From: Felis catus
Lineage: Eukaryota
Direction: 5' to 3'
Assembly (NCBI RefSeq): GCF_018350175.1
Contig: NC_058383.1
Coordinates: 21,950,001 to 22,014,000 of the forward strand
Length of the DNA stretch: 64,000 nucleotides
Shown here: positions 48,636 to 61,150 of the stretch, in pieces
Layout of the letters: every line of letters begins with the position of its first letter
How positions within the stretch are numbered: the first letter of the stretch is position 1
Program-made: the position numbers and the translations under genes
The notes under the pieces: model-generated
Databases searched by the model: none
Told to the model about the DNA's origin: nothing
The model's input: only the letters and a program-made list of their open reading frames with translations

Positions 48636-50184
48636 ATCCTAAGCAGGCTCTGTGCTGTCAGTGCAGAGCCCGACCTCACGAACCCCTGAGATCATGACCT
48701 GAGCAGAAATCAAGAGTTGAACACTTAACGGTGCCACCCAGGTGCCCCTAATATCAGTTTGACTTAAATCATTTTGGGTATTTGATAGTCATTGTGGGTG
48801 TTTGTTAACTAGGCAATTAACCAATCTCTGGGGCAGCTAATGGCTGTGCCAGTTCTTATAAATGACAGCAATTTCTGAACTCCTCACCTTAACCCAGCAG
48901 GACATTATGCATCATTGTTCTCATCCCAGCCTGAGAAGGTGGCGTGGAGGGGAGGGGCAGTGTGATGTCACGGAGAGTAGACAAGGTTTTGGATCACACA
49001 GATCTGGCCTTATACTGCAGCACAGTTACTATAAGGATTAAATAAAGTATGTGAAGTGGAGATAATTTTTGCAAAACTCCAGGCGTGCCATCATAACAGC
49101 TAGTGCTTATTCAATGCTTCCAGTGGACCAAGCACAGAGCTGAAACCTGACATCCCTTCTCTCAGTTACTCTTGTCCACCTCCCTGGGAGGTAGGGGCTA
49201 TTAATCCTGACATTTGATGATGAGGCAACCCAGATCACAGAGGAGAGACTGAGGTGTCACAGCTGGAGAGGAGAAGAGTCGATATTGGAATCCAAGCTTC
49301 AAAGCCTGTGGTTTTCACCATTAGACTATGAAAGGTAGCCATTATTATTATGTCGATTATTATCTTGCAATAATGAGTGTCATGCACTTAACCCCTGCTA
49401 CAAGTAGGCTCCAAGCCAGAGGCATTTCCCAACAAATGTGATGCGATATGCAGAACATCTCCTTGGTTCTGATTCTCTGCTCACCAGGCAAAGGGCGGAC
49501 ACAGAACCAAGGAGAGGGTCCTGGAGAGAAGACTTGCAGATTAAAGGAAATTCTTGGAAGAAACACAAAGTCATAGCTTCTTCCCTGATATTGAAAGAAA
49601 AAGCCTTCATTTTTTTTTCTTGTTCAGACTGTGTAAAAATATTTGAATATTTATTTAAGAGAGAGAGAGAGAGAGAGAGTGAATGGGGGAGAAGAGCAGA
49701 GAGAGGGAGAGAGAGAGGATCTTAAGCAGGCTCCACGGTCAGCGCAGAGCCCGACGTGGGGCTCGATCTCAGGACCACGAGATCATGACCTGAGCCGAAA
49801 TCAAGAGTCGCATGGTTAACCGAATGAGCCACCCAGGCGCTCCTTTTTTTGTTGTTTAGATTTTAGAGTTCCATTCGCCTATTCCTGTTAGTTTGTAAAC
49901 CCCATTCCCTTCCAGCTAGTTGGATAATAAGTCATAGGAAGTCACACACGCTGAGCCCATGTCATGTACTGGGTGCTAACCTAATTCCTTTACATGTTTT
50001 ATCCTCGTTAGCTCTCAAAACTGCCTTATGAAGCACCTGGCATTTTGATCCCCTTTTACAAAGGCTTAGGAAAGTGAATGATTCCGTCAAGGCACACAGC
50101 CATACATGGCATTCTCGTAAGTGGCGTGCTTGAATGGAAGTCTGCCTGACTCCAAATTTAAAAATTTTTAAATGTTTATTTATT

Positions 50185-50231
<47 letters not shown>

Positions 50232-50380
50232 GAGCAGAGAGAGGGAGACACAGAATCTGAAGCAGGTTCCAGGCTCTGAGCTGTCGGCACAGAGCCCGAT
50301 GTGGGGCTCGAACTCACGAATGGTGAGATCGTGACCTGAGCTGAAACCAGGAGTCGGCCGCTCAACCCACGGAGCCCCCC
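44375..50380 (-). mobile_element. Series of minus-strand intronic SINEs (about 44375-44567, 46552-46784, 48545-48768, 49645-49843, 50165-50380); the span also contains exon 2 and unique DNA
   Basis: Each has a T-rich tail, an AG tract and a reverse tRNA-like head. Confidence 0.85.
47786..47869 (-). CDS. CACNG3: CACNG3 coding exon 2 (84 bp, phase 1-1)
   Basis: Encodes (G)[27 protein letters not shown](R), the first extracellular loop of TARP gamma-3. Minus-strand acceptor is tgtttccacAG (AG at 47870-47871) and donor is GTAAGT (GT at 47784-47785). Confidence 0.97.
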
Positions 50381-50814
50381 AGGGGCCCCTCCAAAGCCAG
50401 AGTCCTAACCACTGTTGTGAACTGCACTCTCTTCCACACGCTGAGAGTTGCCAGCAACATCCTGGGCCAGGTGGCTTTATGATAATTTCGTGGTCTATCC
50501 ACAGCCACCAATTGTGGAAATGAATCGGACCAGTGAGTGATTTTTTCCACCAACCATGTTTTTTTGCCCCATAATCTACGCTGGGGACCACCGAGCAAGG
50601 CAAAGGTGGTGGTTGTAGGACCGCCTCCTGTTTGTTGTTTGACAGGCACCACAAAGGCTTTGATAGGAAGAAACGGTGGAGCTGAGAACGAAATGTGGAC
50701 GTTACTGAGACGGACCCGTCGGATCCACGTGGGAATAAAGAGCTCCGCGCACGTCTGCACCTGCTTGCGAACCGGGCCTTACCCGAGGTGGTTCACACCT
50801 GGAAACTAGAGCTT

Positions 50815-51165
50815 AGAGCCAGCAAACACCGGAAGCTCCCGGAGAAACAGTCCCCGGGATTTAGGGTCTCAAGCCACCCACCACCTGTTCGTGCACAGCC
50901 CATGAGCTAAGAATGGTTTTTGCATATTTAGATGGCTGGAAAAAAAAAAAAAAAACAACCCGAAGAATATTGTTTCATGACACGCAAAAAACTACATGAA
51001 ATTCAAATTTCAGTGTCTGCAAATAAGAGTGTATTGAAGCACAACCGTGCCTGTTTGTTTACGGCTTCCACGCTATGATGGCAGAGCCGCGGAGTTGTGG
51101 CAGAAACAGCAAAGCCAAAAAATAGTTACTATCTGGCTGGGGAAGGTCTTGCTGATCTGTGGTCT
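50815..51165. mobile_element. MER58B-like hAT-Charlie MITE
   Basis: gcccatgagctaagaatggttttt...catgaaattcaaatttcagtgtc...aaagccaaaaatagttactatctggc. Confidence 0.8.
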
Positions 51166-52679
51166 GAAGATCCCTGTCCGGTGAGAGAACACAAAAAGAG
51201 GAGTCTGGGCCTTCCGGGGACTCTCGGAGGACATAATCCGAGCTGGTTCTTCTGAAGGGGATAACATCTAGGGCAAATCTGGGTCACGGAATGTTCTGTT
51301 TGGTGTTTTTGCCTGGTTTGTTTTATTTTTTACCTGCGGTAGTTTAATGCCTATTTTGATGTATTTTTTTTTTAAGTTCAATATGTTGCTGCAATTTAAA
51401 ATTCAGGATATGTCACATGAAAGCCTCATTTACAGCTTCTGTTAAAAAAATGGGGATCTCTGTCCCACATCTCCATGTGAAAATACTCCCCTGCACCTGG
51501 GGAGTCGGCCGCCCCCTGGAGACCGGTGCGAACTTTCCAGCTGGCCAGATTCCCCACCTGGCTCTCTGGCACTTGCGCTACCTGTGGCGAATTACCTCCC
51601 CCAGCCTCAGTTTCTTCCTCTGAAGAATGACGACAGCAACATCAATGTCGTGGGGGTTGTCATGAGAATGAACGGAGCCTCTAACAGCAGACAGAGCGTC
51701 GGCTGGTATTCTCAGCACATACTCTTTTAATCGGGCAATGACGTAAGCCACTTAGCACAGCTCTTGGCACATAGTAAGAGCTCAATAAATTATAGCTATT
51801 ACTACCATTGGTTTTGGTAGGTATTTTAGGACCAGAAGAGACACATTGGTGCCAGGTTGAGATTTAAAAAAACAATCTAAAATGAAAGGGAATCAAGAAT
51901 TTCCCTGAGGAAGACTCCACGCTGAAAAGGAAGCTGCTGCCATCACGACTCATCAAAAAGTGAACTTGGCCGTTCATGCAAAGAGCACATTGCCAGCTCC
52001 CTGAAATAACCACTGTTTAGCATTGCTGTATATTTCCTTCCAGACTTTTTCCCCCCCTCCATGCTTTCACACACAAATGGTTTTATAAAATTGAGATCAT
52101 GATGTTCTTCTCACTTACATTTTTCTCAGGAGTATTTCCCCCTATCAGTAAATCTAAGAAAAACAGGATGGGTTGGACTTGCCCACGAACCGCAGAGGGT
52201 GGAACCAAGAGAGACGTTGAAAGCATCTTCCCTGCAAGGATGAGGCAGGACACAGGGACAAGCACTCACCCAGCACAGTTTAAGCCAAGGCCCTGGGGCA
52301 GAGGGAAGCAGAAAGCAGGAATGTGGTAAACTGGGAGGAGGATCGGTGGTGGGAGGTGATCTGGGCGCAGATCCGCTGGTTACAGGGGAGAGGCAATGGG
52401 CACGCAGGGTAGGGCAGGTGTGAGACCTAGGCTGTGAGAACCCACAGACCGCAGGACCCCGGGAAGAGGTCTGGAATGGAAGAGAGAACCAAGGTAGATT
52501 TCCTGGCGTGTCAAAGTGAATCAGTTGCAGAGACTGGCTTTCTGGTGAAAACAAGCCTCATCCTGGGCAGAAAAGAATGTGCTGATGGTTCATCTCTGGC
52601 TCAGCCGATGGAAAAACACGTCTTCCGTAAGAGGAAGGGGACTTTCTTTCAACCAACAAGCCTTCTTAAAGGTCAGACC

Positions 52680-52990
52680 CTAGAAATATTCCCAGTAAAA
52701 TAAAAAATGAGGTAAGAACGCCCACCATCGCTTCTGTTATTTACCACGGTTCTACAAGTTCTAGTGCAAGAAGAAATAAAGCAGAATTGAGAGTAACAGG
52801 CAATAGAAAAAAATAGGACAAAATTATCATTTTTTTTTCCAGGTGAGAGAATAGTCTGCTTAGAAAGCTCGAGGCAATTTGCTGGACAAAATATTAGCAT
52901 GAATGAAAGAGCTCAGTCAGGTGGCTTCTTCTAAGCTATTAAACCACATAAGAAAGAAGTAATAATTAAGTCATTGTGGCACCGATGTTT
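52680..52990 (+). mobile_element. Degraded L1 ORF2 fragment
   Basis: ttatttaccacggttctacaagttctagtgcaagaagaaataaa...aaaattatcatttttt...gctcagtcaggtggct. Confidence 0.6.
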
Positions 52991-53110
52991 GAAGAGTAAC
53001 ATTGATCAGAATATTTGTCAATGCAGAGAAATATTACAAGGAAAGCAAGAAGCAGTCCATTATCCCATGCTCGGATAATCGCCGTTAACTGAAAAGAATA
53101 GAGGTATTCA

Positions 53111-53563
53111 GGGGTGCCTGGATGGCTCAGTTGGTTAAGTGTCTGACTCTTTTTTTTTTTTTTTAATTTTTTTTCAACGTTTATTTATTTTTGGGACAGA
53201 GAGAGACAGAGCATGAACGGGGGAGGGGCAGAGAGAGAGGGAGACACAGAATCGGAAACAGGCTCCAGGCTCTGAGCCATCAGCCCAGAGCCTGACGCAG
53301 GGCTCGAACTCACGGACCGCGAGATCGTGACCTGACTGAAGTCGGACGCTTAACCGACTGCGCCACCCAGGCGCCCCAAGTGTCTGACTCTTGATTTCAG
53401 CTCAGGTCATGATTTCATGGTTTGTGAGATTGAGCCCCACAACAGGCTCTGTGCTGACAGCATGAAGCCTGCTTGGGATTCTCTCTCTCTTTCTCTGTCT
53501 GTCTCTCCCTGGCTCGTGCTCGCTCGCTCTCTCTCAAAAATAAGTGAATAAACTTAAAAAAAT
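53111..53563 (+). mobile_element. Older SINE split by a younger inverted SINE
   Basis: Head at 53111-53151, resuming at 53378. TSD aat(a/g)gaggta(t/c)tca. Confidence 0.9.
53152..53377 (-). mobile_element. Young SINEC_Fc-type SINE
   Basis: Near-consensus body. Perfect 15-bp TSD aagtgtctgactctt at 53137-53151 and 53378-53392. Confidence 0.95.
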
Positions 53564-55145
53564 GGAGGTACTCATAGTTGGAAAATTCAGACAGTATATA
53601 TCAAAAGGCATAAGATTAAAAGTGAAAGCATTGCCGTAACCCCCCCCCAAATTCTGTCACCTGATAGCTCAGTAGGGCGACTTCTGTCGACCAAATGTTG
53701 AGTGAAATCATGTCTATGCTGAGATCTGAAGGGTAATTAAAAGTTCATCGGAAGAAGGGAGGTGTGTTGTCCCAGTCAGAGTGCAATAGCGTGCCTGTTA
53801 TCGAGAGGGAGAGAAAAACTCATTTGGGACCTCAGAGTAACTGAGGGTGTTTAGAGCAGCAGTGGTGGTTGGTCTGAACGACAGTTCCAGTGGTTCCCGG
53901 TGGGTGGCAGAAAGGTGCTGGGAACCTGGGATAGGGCAGATATGACATCTGGGCTGTGACGATTGGTCGCTTCAAACTTTGTCCCCCCCCCCTTCCTAGG
54001 AATTCACTAGTGGCCAAGGCAGAAGATTCTGGTTCTAGGAACGTACATTCTCACTGGGGACAGAGTCTCCAGACTACATAGATAAACAAGGTCCCTGTGC
54101 TTTGAAGGAAACAGAACAGATGATGTCATCGTGACTAGGCATGGGGTGGGGGCAGACGGTGAGCAATTTGGGGCAGTGTGGTGGTGGTTGGGGGGGGGGC
54201 GGTGTTCGGGCTCTGACCTGCATAAAGAGAAGGAGCCAGTTATGTGAAGAGTGCGGAGAGGGCTTTCTAGGCAGAGGCATGGGCTCTGAGGTGGGAATGA
54301 GCTTCGTTAGTCTGAGGAACAGAAGGAAGCTCAGAGGGGCAAGACAGGGTCTCTTGTGGCAGATTTACTGGGTCAAACTTCAGCGAGAACAAGCCTAGAC
54401 CACCTGCTGTGCCAAGTTTGGGCAAGGGCCAGATAGAGCTTTTCTGGGTCATCTTAAGACAGCTCTGCTCAAGTGTTTTTGGTCTCGAGTCCAGAAATAC
54501 TGGACACAGAGCAAACAGACCTTCTCAAGTTTGAAGTCCTGAAGGGAGACCCTGAGTGAGGGGCAGCCATCCACTGGATGTCCCTCCTCCAGCATCAGCA
54601 GAACCTTTAGATGGTTTTCCAGGAAGGACCCCCACATCTGCCTGCTGAGTGCAGTGTGCATAGCCCACACTGATGGTCCTGGGAGAGAATTTGGTGGCTG
54701 GGGCACCTGCCTTCCCCAGCCTAATAAAGGGACATCACTTCTGAGTAGTCTCTGGATGGTTACCATGTGCTCAGAATGACGGTGGCCCTTTCAGCTCAGT
54801 GCCAGTGCCCAGAACATGGTCCAGCCCAGGAACCCTGCCAACCCAGTGCCTGGACCTTGGCACCCATCTCAGCCAGCAGCCCATCTGGGGCACCCAAATT
54901 TCAGGCTCCCAAAGTCCAGCTCAGAGCTCAAAACCAAGGCTAAGTGGAGACCGGAGCTCTCGGTCTAGAGACATAGGTCTTTTGTTAGGTCCCCATCGTG
55001 ACGACTTTGCCTTAAGGAATCAGGAACGAACAAACATCAAGTTTGTTTATGCACCAGGAATACTTAAGAAAGCAAAAGTTACTGCCTGACTGTGAGAATG
55101 TAATAGAATAGAGCTCTATTACGGAGGATAAGAATAGCTTAAAAC

Positions 55146-55560
55146 AGTGGTTTTCCAAATGGGCTGCACGTTGGAACTTCCGGAGTGGAGGCTGGGGTGG
55201 CTGGAAAATATTGGTGCTCTGTTTTACCCCCGGAGCTTCGTACTTAATCTATCTGGGCATGTGGAGTTTTCTATTTTATTTTTATTTTTTAATGCTTATT
55301 TTTGAGAGAGAGAGAGAATGAGCATGAGCAGGGGAGGGGCAGAGAGAGAGAGGGAGACACAGAATCCGAAGCAGGCTCCAGGCTCTGAGTTGTCAGTGGG
55401 TTCGAGCCTGATGTGGGGCTCGAATTCACCAACTGGGAGATCATGACCTGAGCTGAAGTCGGACACTTAACCGACTGAGCCACCCAGGCGCCCCTGGGCA
55501 TCTGGAGTTTTCAAAGCTCCCCAGATGAGCCTAATTGTTCAGCTGAGGTTGAGAACCACC
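55146..55560. mobile_element. MER5-like MITE with an inserted SINE (about 55272-55494 -)
   Basis: Termini cagtggttttccaa / ggttgagaaccac. TSD tgggcat(g/c)tggagttttc. Confidence 0.8.
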
Positions 55561-55639
55561 CCCTTCCAGGTGAGTCCACTTGAAAGTAGGGACCTTTATT
55601 TCATAGTAAATAATGAGGTTCAAAGAGACGCTCCCATCT

Positions 55640-56200
55640 TTATCTTGAAAATGACACGATCATCTATGAGCATACATTTGTTTTGTCTTATCTTTTCCAA
55701 CTATGCACTGGGATGAACAAAAAAGCAAGCTGTGTTGATTTTCAGCGGGAAGAGAACATAATTTCTTTCTGGTAAAATCACGAGAGCCCAATATGAAATC
55801 CTTCACTCTCCCAGCTGGATCGTAAAGTCTGACTTTCCCAGTAGGATCATAAAGTAGGTCCTTTTGGCAAAAAATATTTGAGTACGTCATCATCTTCTCA
55901 AGAGGTTCTCTTAATCCTTTGATATTCAAATCACTGGATGTGCCCTATAGCACATCATCCTTCTTGTTGATTTTTTCTTCTTCCATTGCTAACGGGTGTC
56001 CCTCCGCCCGGCTCCTGGGGCCCCCGGCTGGCATAGCACATCACTCCTCACATCCATTCCGTGACGCTCTGTGGATTTTGCTAGATGTGCAATCTCACTT
56101 TGCAATCGTTTTTGCCTCTATTTGCATTGCATTGGATTGTCCCATGTTGACAAGAGCTGGCAATCAGAGAGAGGCTGCCAGACAAAGATGGTGAATTGCG
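55640..56200 (-). mobile_element. Ancient Tigger/pogo-like transposase C-terminal remnant
   Basis: Minus-strand fragments LQSEIAHLAK..., EEEKINKKDDV..., DLNIKGLREPLEK..., KDLLYDP..KV recall the C-terminal helical region of Tigger-family transposases. Disrupted by frameshifts and stops. Confidence 0.5.
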
Positions 56201-56494
56201 GGGTACGGAATGGGGGTGGGGGTGTGGGATGGGGCAGGGAGGGTGTTTTAGTTGAGCCTGGTTTTATAAGTGGTCAGGCCATGCCTGCACATATTCCCGT
56301 GAAGGGGATTTGCTTGCTTGTCCCCGCAACCGAGCATGTGCGGGGATTTGGGTAATGAGTTCCTGAACTAACCTGGTCTGTCTGAGCACATACAGTATAG
56401 CTATTACGGCTCATGGCTTCTAATAAGAGGACCACAGGAGTGAGTGAGTTTGGGAGAAACAAAGATCCTCTTTGATCGAAGTGTACAACCCGAT

Positions 56495-57095
56495 TCACTC
56501 TCGTTCAACGGATGTCTGTCGAGGTGCCTGGTTTGCATCAAGCTCTGTCCTGGGCACTTGGGGGTTTATCAGCGAACTAGATAGACTAGGTTCTGGATCT
56601 CAAGGCTGTTATGCTCTAGTGGGGAGACACCTACAGTGAAGGAATGAATACAAATGTTTCTGTACAAGGGAAAAGGTCCTTTTAAATAGTGATACATGCC
56701 ATGAAAATAATAAACGTGGACTTTATCATTTTGACTCGGGGACGGACAGTCATGAGATTGGGCGGACAGGGAAAGCCTCTCCAAGAAGGGGCCATGAGTG
56801 AGAAGATGAAGCCAACCACGGGGAGGTTTGAGGGAAGAGCTTTCTAGGAAGAAGGCATCACATAAGCAAAGGCCCTGGGGCAGGATAATGTGTCGTGTGT
56901 TTCTGGAACCAGGAGAAGTGATACAGAGTGAGTAGGGGGAGAGCAGTTCCATGAAGAAGCTAGACTAAGCTTTAAGCAGCTGAGAAACGCAGTCTGCCTT
57001 ATAGTTTTAAAAGATCTCTGGACGCCAGGGGTTCGCAGAGGAACAGGAATGGAGTGCACCTTCAGAGGAATCATCGAAAGCCACTGTGAACCCTT
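56495..57095. mobile_element. L2 LINE remnant
   Basis: cagggaaagcctctccaagaagg...gcaaaggccctggggcagg...ggaaagccactg-like motifs. Confidence 0.7.
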
Positions 57096-57294
57096 TGAAG
57101 AAGTAACTGGCGATTGGGGGTGGAAAGGCAGGCCAGCCAGAGTCCTCGCTCATCCACTTGAAGAGAGATGCCCAATGGAGAGAGCATCGTGCCTTGGGAC
57201 CAAGTACGGGAAATTTAGCCAGGACAAGGGACTCTGGGTCCCTTCTCTGCACCTAGTTGATAGGCCTGCTTCCTTCCTTCCTTTCCTCCTTCCT

Positions 57295-57968
57295 TCCTTT
57301 TAGAGAGAGAGAGAGAAAGAGAGACTGAGGGGAAGGGGCGGAGGGGGAGAGACAGAGAGGGAGAGAGAGAGACAGAGAGAGAGAATCTTAAGTAGGCTCC
57401 ATGTTCATGTGGAGCTGATGCAGGGCTTAGTCCCACAACCCTGGGATCAGGACCTGAGCCAAAATCAGGAGTCAGACGCTCAACCAACCCAGCGCCCCTG
57501 GCTTGCTTTATTTCTGAAGAGCCTGGTGTTGTCGATCAGCCCATTGGGTGGGTTTGGGGTAAAATACTTTCCCTGCTCCTTAGTTATTTCGCTAACTGCA
57601 GGTGCGACAGGAACACCAGCCTAGCCCAAATTCAGGTCCTAGCCAGTCCCGGAGCCCAGAGCTCCGCCCATCTTGACCGAGATGATTCCAGTCCACACCT
57701 GTCCTCTGCCTCTCCTTTGCATTCGCACCCAACTGCACAGGCACCGGAGGGAGATTCACCAATGAGGCATGTATTTGGGGTACAGCAAAACAGGGGTACA
57801 TAGAGGGAGAATGACACTGGAAATTATTTGATTTTTTGACTTTTACAAAAGAGCATTAAAATAGTATGGAAAAATATCAGAAGTGTGTTGATTTTCCTTG
57901 TTTGATAGCTTATTTTTTTTTTTTAAGTTTACTTTCTTGAGAGGCAGAGACAGCGTGAGTAGGGGAGG

Positions 57969-58015
<47 letters not shown>

Positions 58016-58127
58016 CCAAGTAGGCTCTGCACAGTGAGTGCGGAGCCTGACGCAGGGCTCGAACTCATGAAACCATGAGCTGAAATCAAGACTGGGATGC
58101 TTAACTGACTGAGCCACCCAGCACCCC
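57295..58127 (-). mobile_element. Two minus-strand SINEs (about 57295-57497 and 57913-58127)
   Basis: T tails, (AG)n tracts and reverse heads. Confidence 0.85.
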
Positions 58128-58989
58128 AGTATTATTATTTTCAAGGTGGATTACTATGAGGGTGGGGTGGTCACCATGATCACTTGTGTGCTTCTGAAAG
58201 TCCTCCTAATCCTACCTAGGCAGGCACTCACAGGAGTGAGAACTCAGCCCGTTTCCTTACCACAGAGGCGGCCACGGCTGGGCAGGGGCTCTGGGGAGAG
58301 GCCTGCAGCCCCTTCATTTCTGCTGTTTTTAGGTGATGGCATCTCTCCTCCAGAGGTGCCTGGGGAGGTTGCATCTACCTGTGAAAGGTCCATGAAGGTC
58401 CATGAAAGGTCCATGAAAGAGTCCACTGGACCTTTGTTTTAAAAAAAAGCACACTCCCGGGCCCCTTACTGAAGGCACTAGTTAGAGTCTGAGAACCTGT
58501 GCTTCTTACCAGGCACCTCAGATCCCAATGCACATCAGAGTCTGAGAACCACGCTCTCTAGCCAAGTGGGCACAAGGTCATCGTCACACGCACAAAGGCC
58601 GTGGCCGAGGACAAGGAAGGTGGGGTCTGGAGTGTGGAGGGTTTAAGGACAGCGATTCCCCCTTACAAGATCTGAAGCTGGAAGAGGCTGGAAACGGAAC
58701 AAGGTTGTCTGAGGTCTTCCAACATGTGGGCACCCCACATCCCTGTCCCTGGCACACCTGTGCCTTGGACTTAGCTTTCACGTTCACCAGTGTCAGCGGA
58801 CTTCGGCACCACTCCCAAACGCAGCCCTGCACACGACCACGGAGGCGCGCTGACATTTGAAGGAGATTCGGTGACCTATCCCTCGTGACCTGACCCCTCC
58901 GTTTGCTAACTTCTGCATGTCACATGTCAACGCCACAATCACAGCATCATGTGTGGAGGTGTGGGGTTCGAAAGGTTTTTATTTTGAGT

Positions 58990-60345
58990 GGACTTTATTT
59001 TTCAGATCAGTTTTAGGTTCACAGCAGAACTGAGCAGAAGGTACAGAGATGCCTCACATCCTTCCTGTATCCTCCGCACACACAGCCCCGCCCCGCTACC
59101 AGTGTCCCTCGCCAGAGAGGTGCACCTGTGACCATCAACGAACCTACCTTGACACGTCATTATCACCCAAAGTCTACAGTTTACACGAGCGTTCGCTCTT
59201 GGCGTCGCACATTCTATGGGTTGGACAAACGTGCAATGATGTGTATCCACCAACATGCAAGTAGTTTCACTGCCCTGAAAATCCTCTGTGCTTCACCTGT
59301 TCATCCCTCCATGTCCCCAGTCCTTGGCAACCACTGTGCTTGTTACGGTCTCCATAGTTCTGCCTTTTCCCAGCATGTCAGAGAGTTGGGATCACACAGT
59401 ATGCAGCCTTTTCAGATGGGTTTCTTTCACTGAGTAATATGCACGTAAGGTTCCTCCGTGTCTTGTCGTAGCTTGAAGTTCATTTCTTTTTAGCACGGGT
59501 TAAAATCTCATTGCCTGGATCTAGCACAGGTTTATCTATCCATTCCCCTACCGAATGACGTCTTGGTTGTTTCCAGGTTTTTGGCCTTTATGAATAAAGC
59601 TGCTATAAATATACACTTGTGGGTTGTGTGTGGACATAAACACCAAGGGGTATCTGGGTAAATACCAAGGCGTGTAATTGCTGGATCATATGGTCACAGT
59701 AAATTCAGTTTGGAAGGAACTGCCAAACCGTTTCCTTTAAAAGGCTTATTTATTTATTTTGAGAGTGAGAGTGAGCAAGCATGAGTAGGGGAGAAGCAGA
59801 GAGAGAAGGAGAGAATCCCAAGCAGGCTCTGAGCTGTCAGTGCAGTTCCTAACATGGGGCTTGATCTTATGAACCTCGAGATCATGACCTGAGCTGAAAT
59901 CAAGAGTCAGATGATTCACCGACTGAGCCACCCAGGCGCCCCACTGTTTTGAGTGAGTTTCTGTTCTCCACGTCCAGCAGTGAATGGGTTTCTGTGGCTC
60001 CACATCCTTGCCAGCATTTGGTATTGTCAGTGTTCTGGATGTGGACCATTCTAATAGGTCCACAGGTCCTTAGGTCCATAGGTCTAAGAGGTATTCTGTG
60101 GTTTTAATTTGCATTGCACGACGACATACGATGTGGAGCATCTTTTCATACATGTACTTGACATCTGTATATATTCTTTGAGGATGTATCTCCTCTGTTA
60201 TCTGTTCTATTTTTTAATCAGGTTGTTTGTTTTCTTATGGCTGAGCTTTAAGACTTCTTTGTATATTTTGGCTCACAGCCCTTTATCAGATGTGTCTTTC
60301 GCAAATGTTTTCTCTAGCCTGTGGCTTGTCTTCTTATCTTCTTGA
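58990..60345 (-). mobile_element. L1 (L1MC-like) 3' fragment with a SINE at about 59745-59942
   Basis: cagttttaggttcacagcagaactgagcagaaggtacagagat...gcagccttttcagatggg...ctccacatccttgccagcatttggtattgtcag. Confidence 0.88.
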
Positions 60346-60781
60346 CATTGTCTGTCCAAAAGTTTATTTTTTAAATGCTGATTTGGCACTTTCTTCATTA
60401 GAAAAAAAAAAAAAAAATCCAGTGGAGCGTTTTAAAAAGCGGCGTCTCTTAACTCTTGAGAGAGCTGGACTCAGATTTCTGCCGCTACAAACTTGGCAAA
60501 CATGTTGCGAAATCAAACCCGCAGCGCCAGAGCCTGTGTTTAAACTGCCTGTGCAGAAAGTCCTACTTTTTGACATTTTGTGCCATTCTGACTCTGCTAC
60601 ATGGAGGAAAGGGAGAGAGAACCTCCGCGGTCTGTTTCCCCGCTACCCTGGGCTGCTCACTTCAACCTCCACTGGTCAGCTCTGCCCAGCGCTAAACAGC
60701 TTTGCTCCCAAGCAAATCCAGCCCAGGCCCTGACATTTATATCCAGAATCTTTTACTCTCTTCTATTCATTAAGCATGGGA

Positions 60782-60797
60782 GGTTGCCATGGCAACC
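60782..60797. promoter_or_regulatory. Perfect RFX X-box palindrome GGTTGCCATGGCAACC
   Basis: 16-bp perfect palindrome containing the optimal RFX dimer site GTTGCCATGGCAAC, in non-repetitive intron 1 sequence. Confidence 0.65.
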
Positions 60798-61081
60798 ATT
60801 AACCGCACCTGACATCCAGGAATAGTGCTGGCATTTTGAGCAAACACCACACTGGGATTTCGTTCTGCAAGGTAACCTTGCAGCCTGCGCGGTTTCTCCC
60901 CGGCATCTGAGCTTTTCCTTCCAGGCCCTTTGCCTGGCTCAGAGGGGGAGAGAGAAGGAGGGGGGTCTCTCCTTCTCGATTCCCCATTCCCCTGCCCACT
61001 CGCCCACTAGGATCTCCTCGGGACCTGCAGTATGATGGAGGTGTGGTGGGGTGTCTCTGGGCAGGACGTGTGAGGGCCGCA

Positions 61082-61085
61082 GCGC

Positions 61086-61146
<61 letters not shown>
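61082..61146. repeat. (CG)n(TG)n(AG)n compound microsatellite
   Basis: gcgcgcgcacgtgtgt... alternating purine-pyrimidine for about 35 bp, then (AG)n. Confidence 0.95.

Positions 61147-61150
<4 letters not shown>

Noticed and set aside
49962..50654. Longest ORF in the window (230 aa)
   Set aside because: Runs through a SINE, its (CT)n tract and a MIR-like segment; a repeat-derived artefact.
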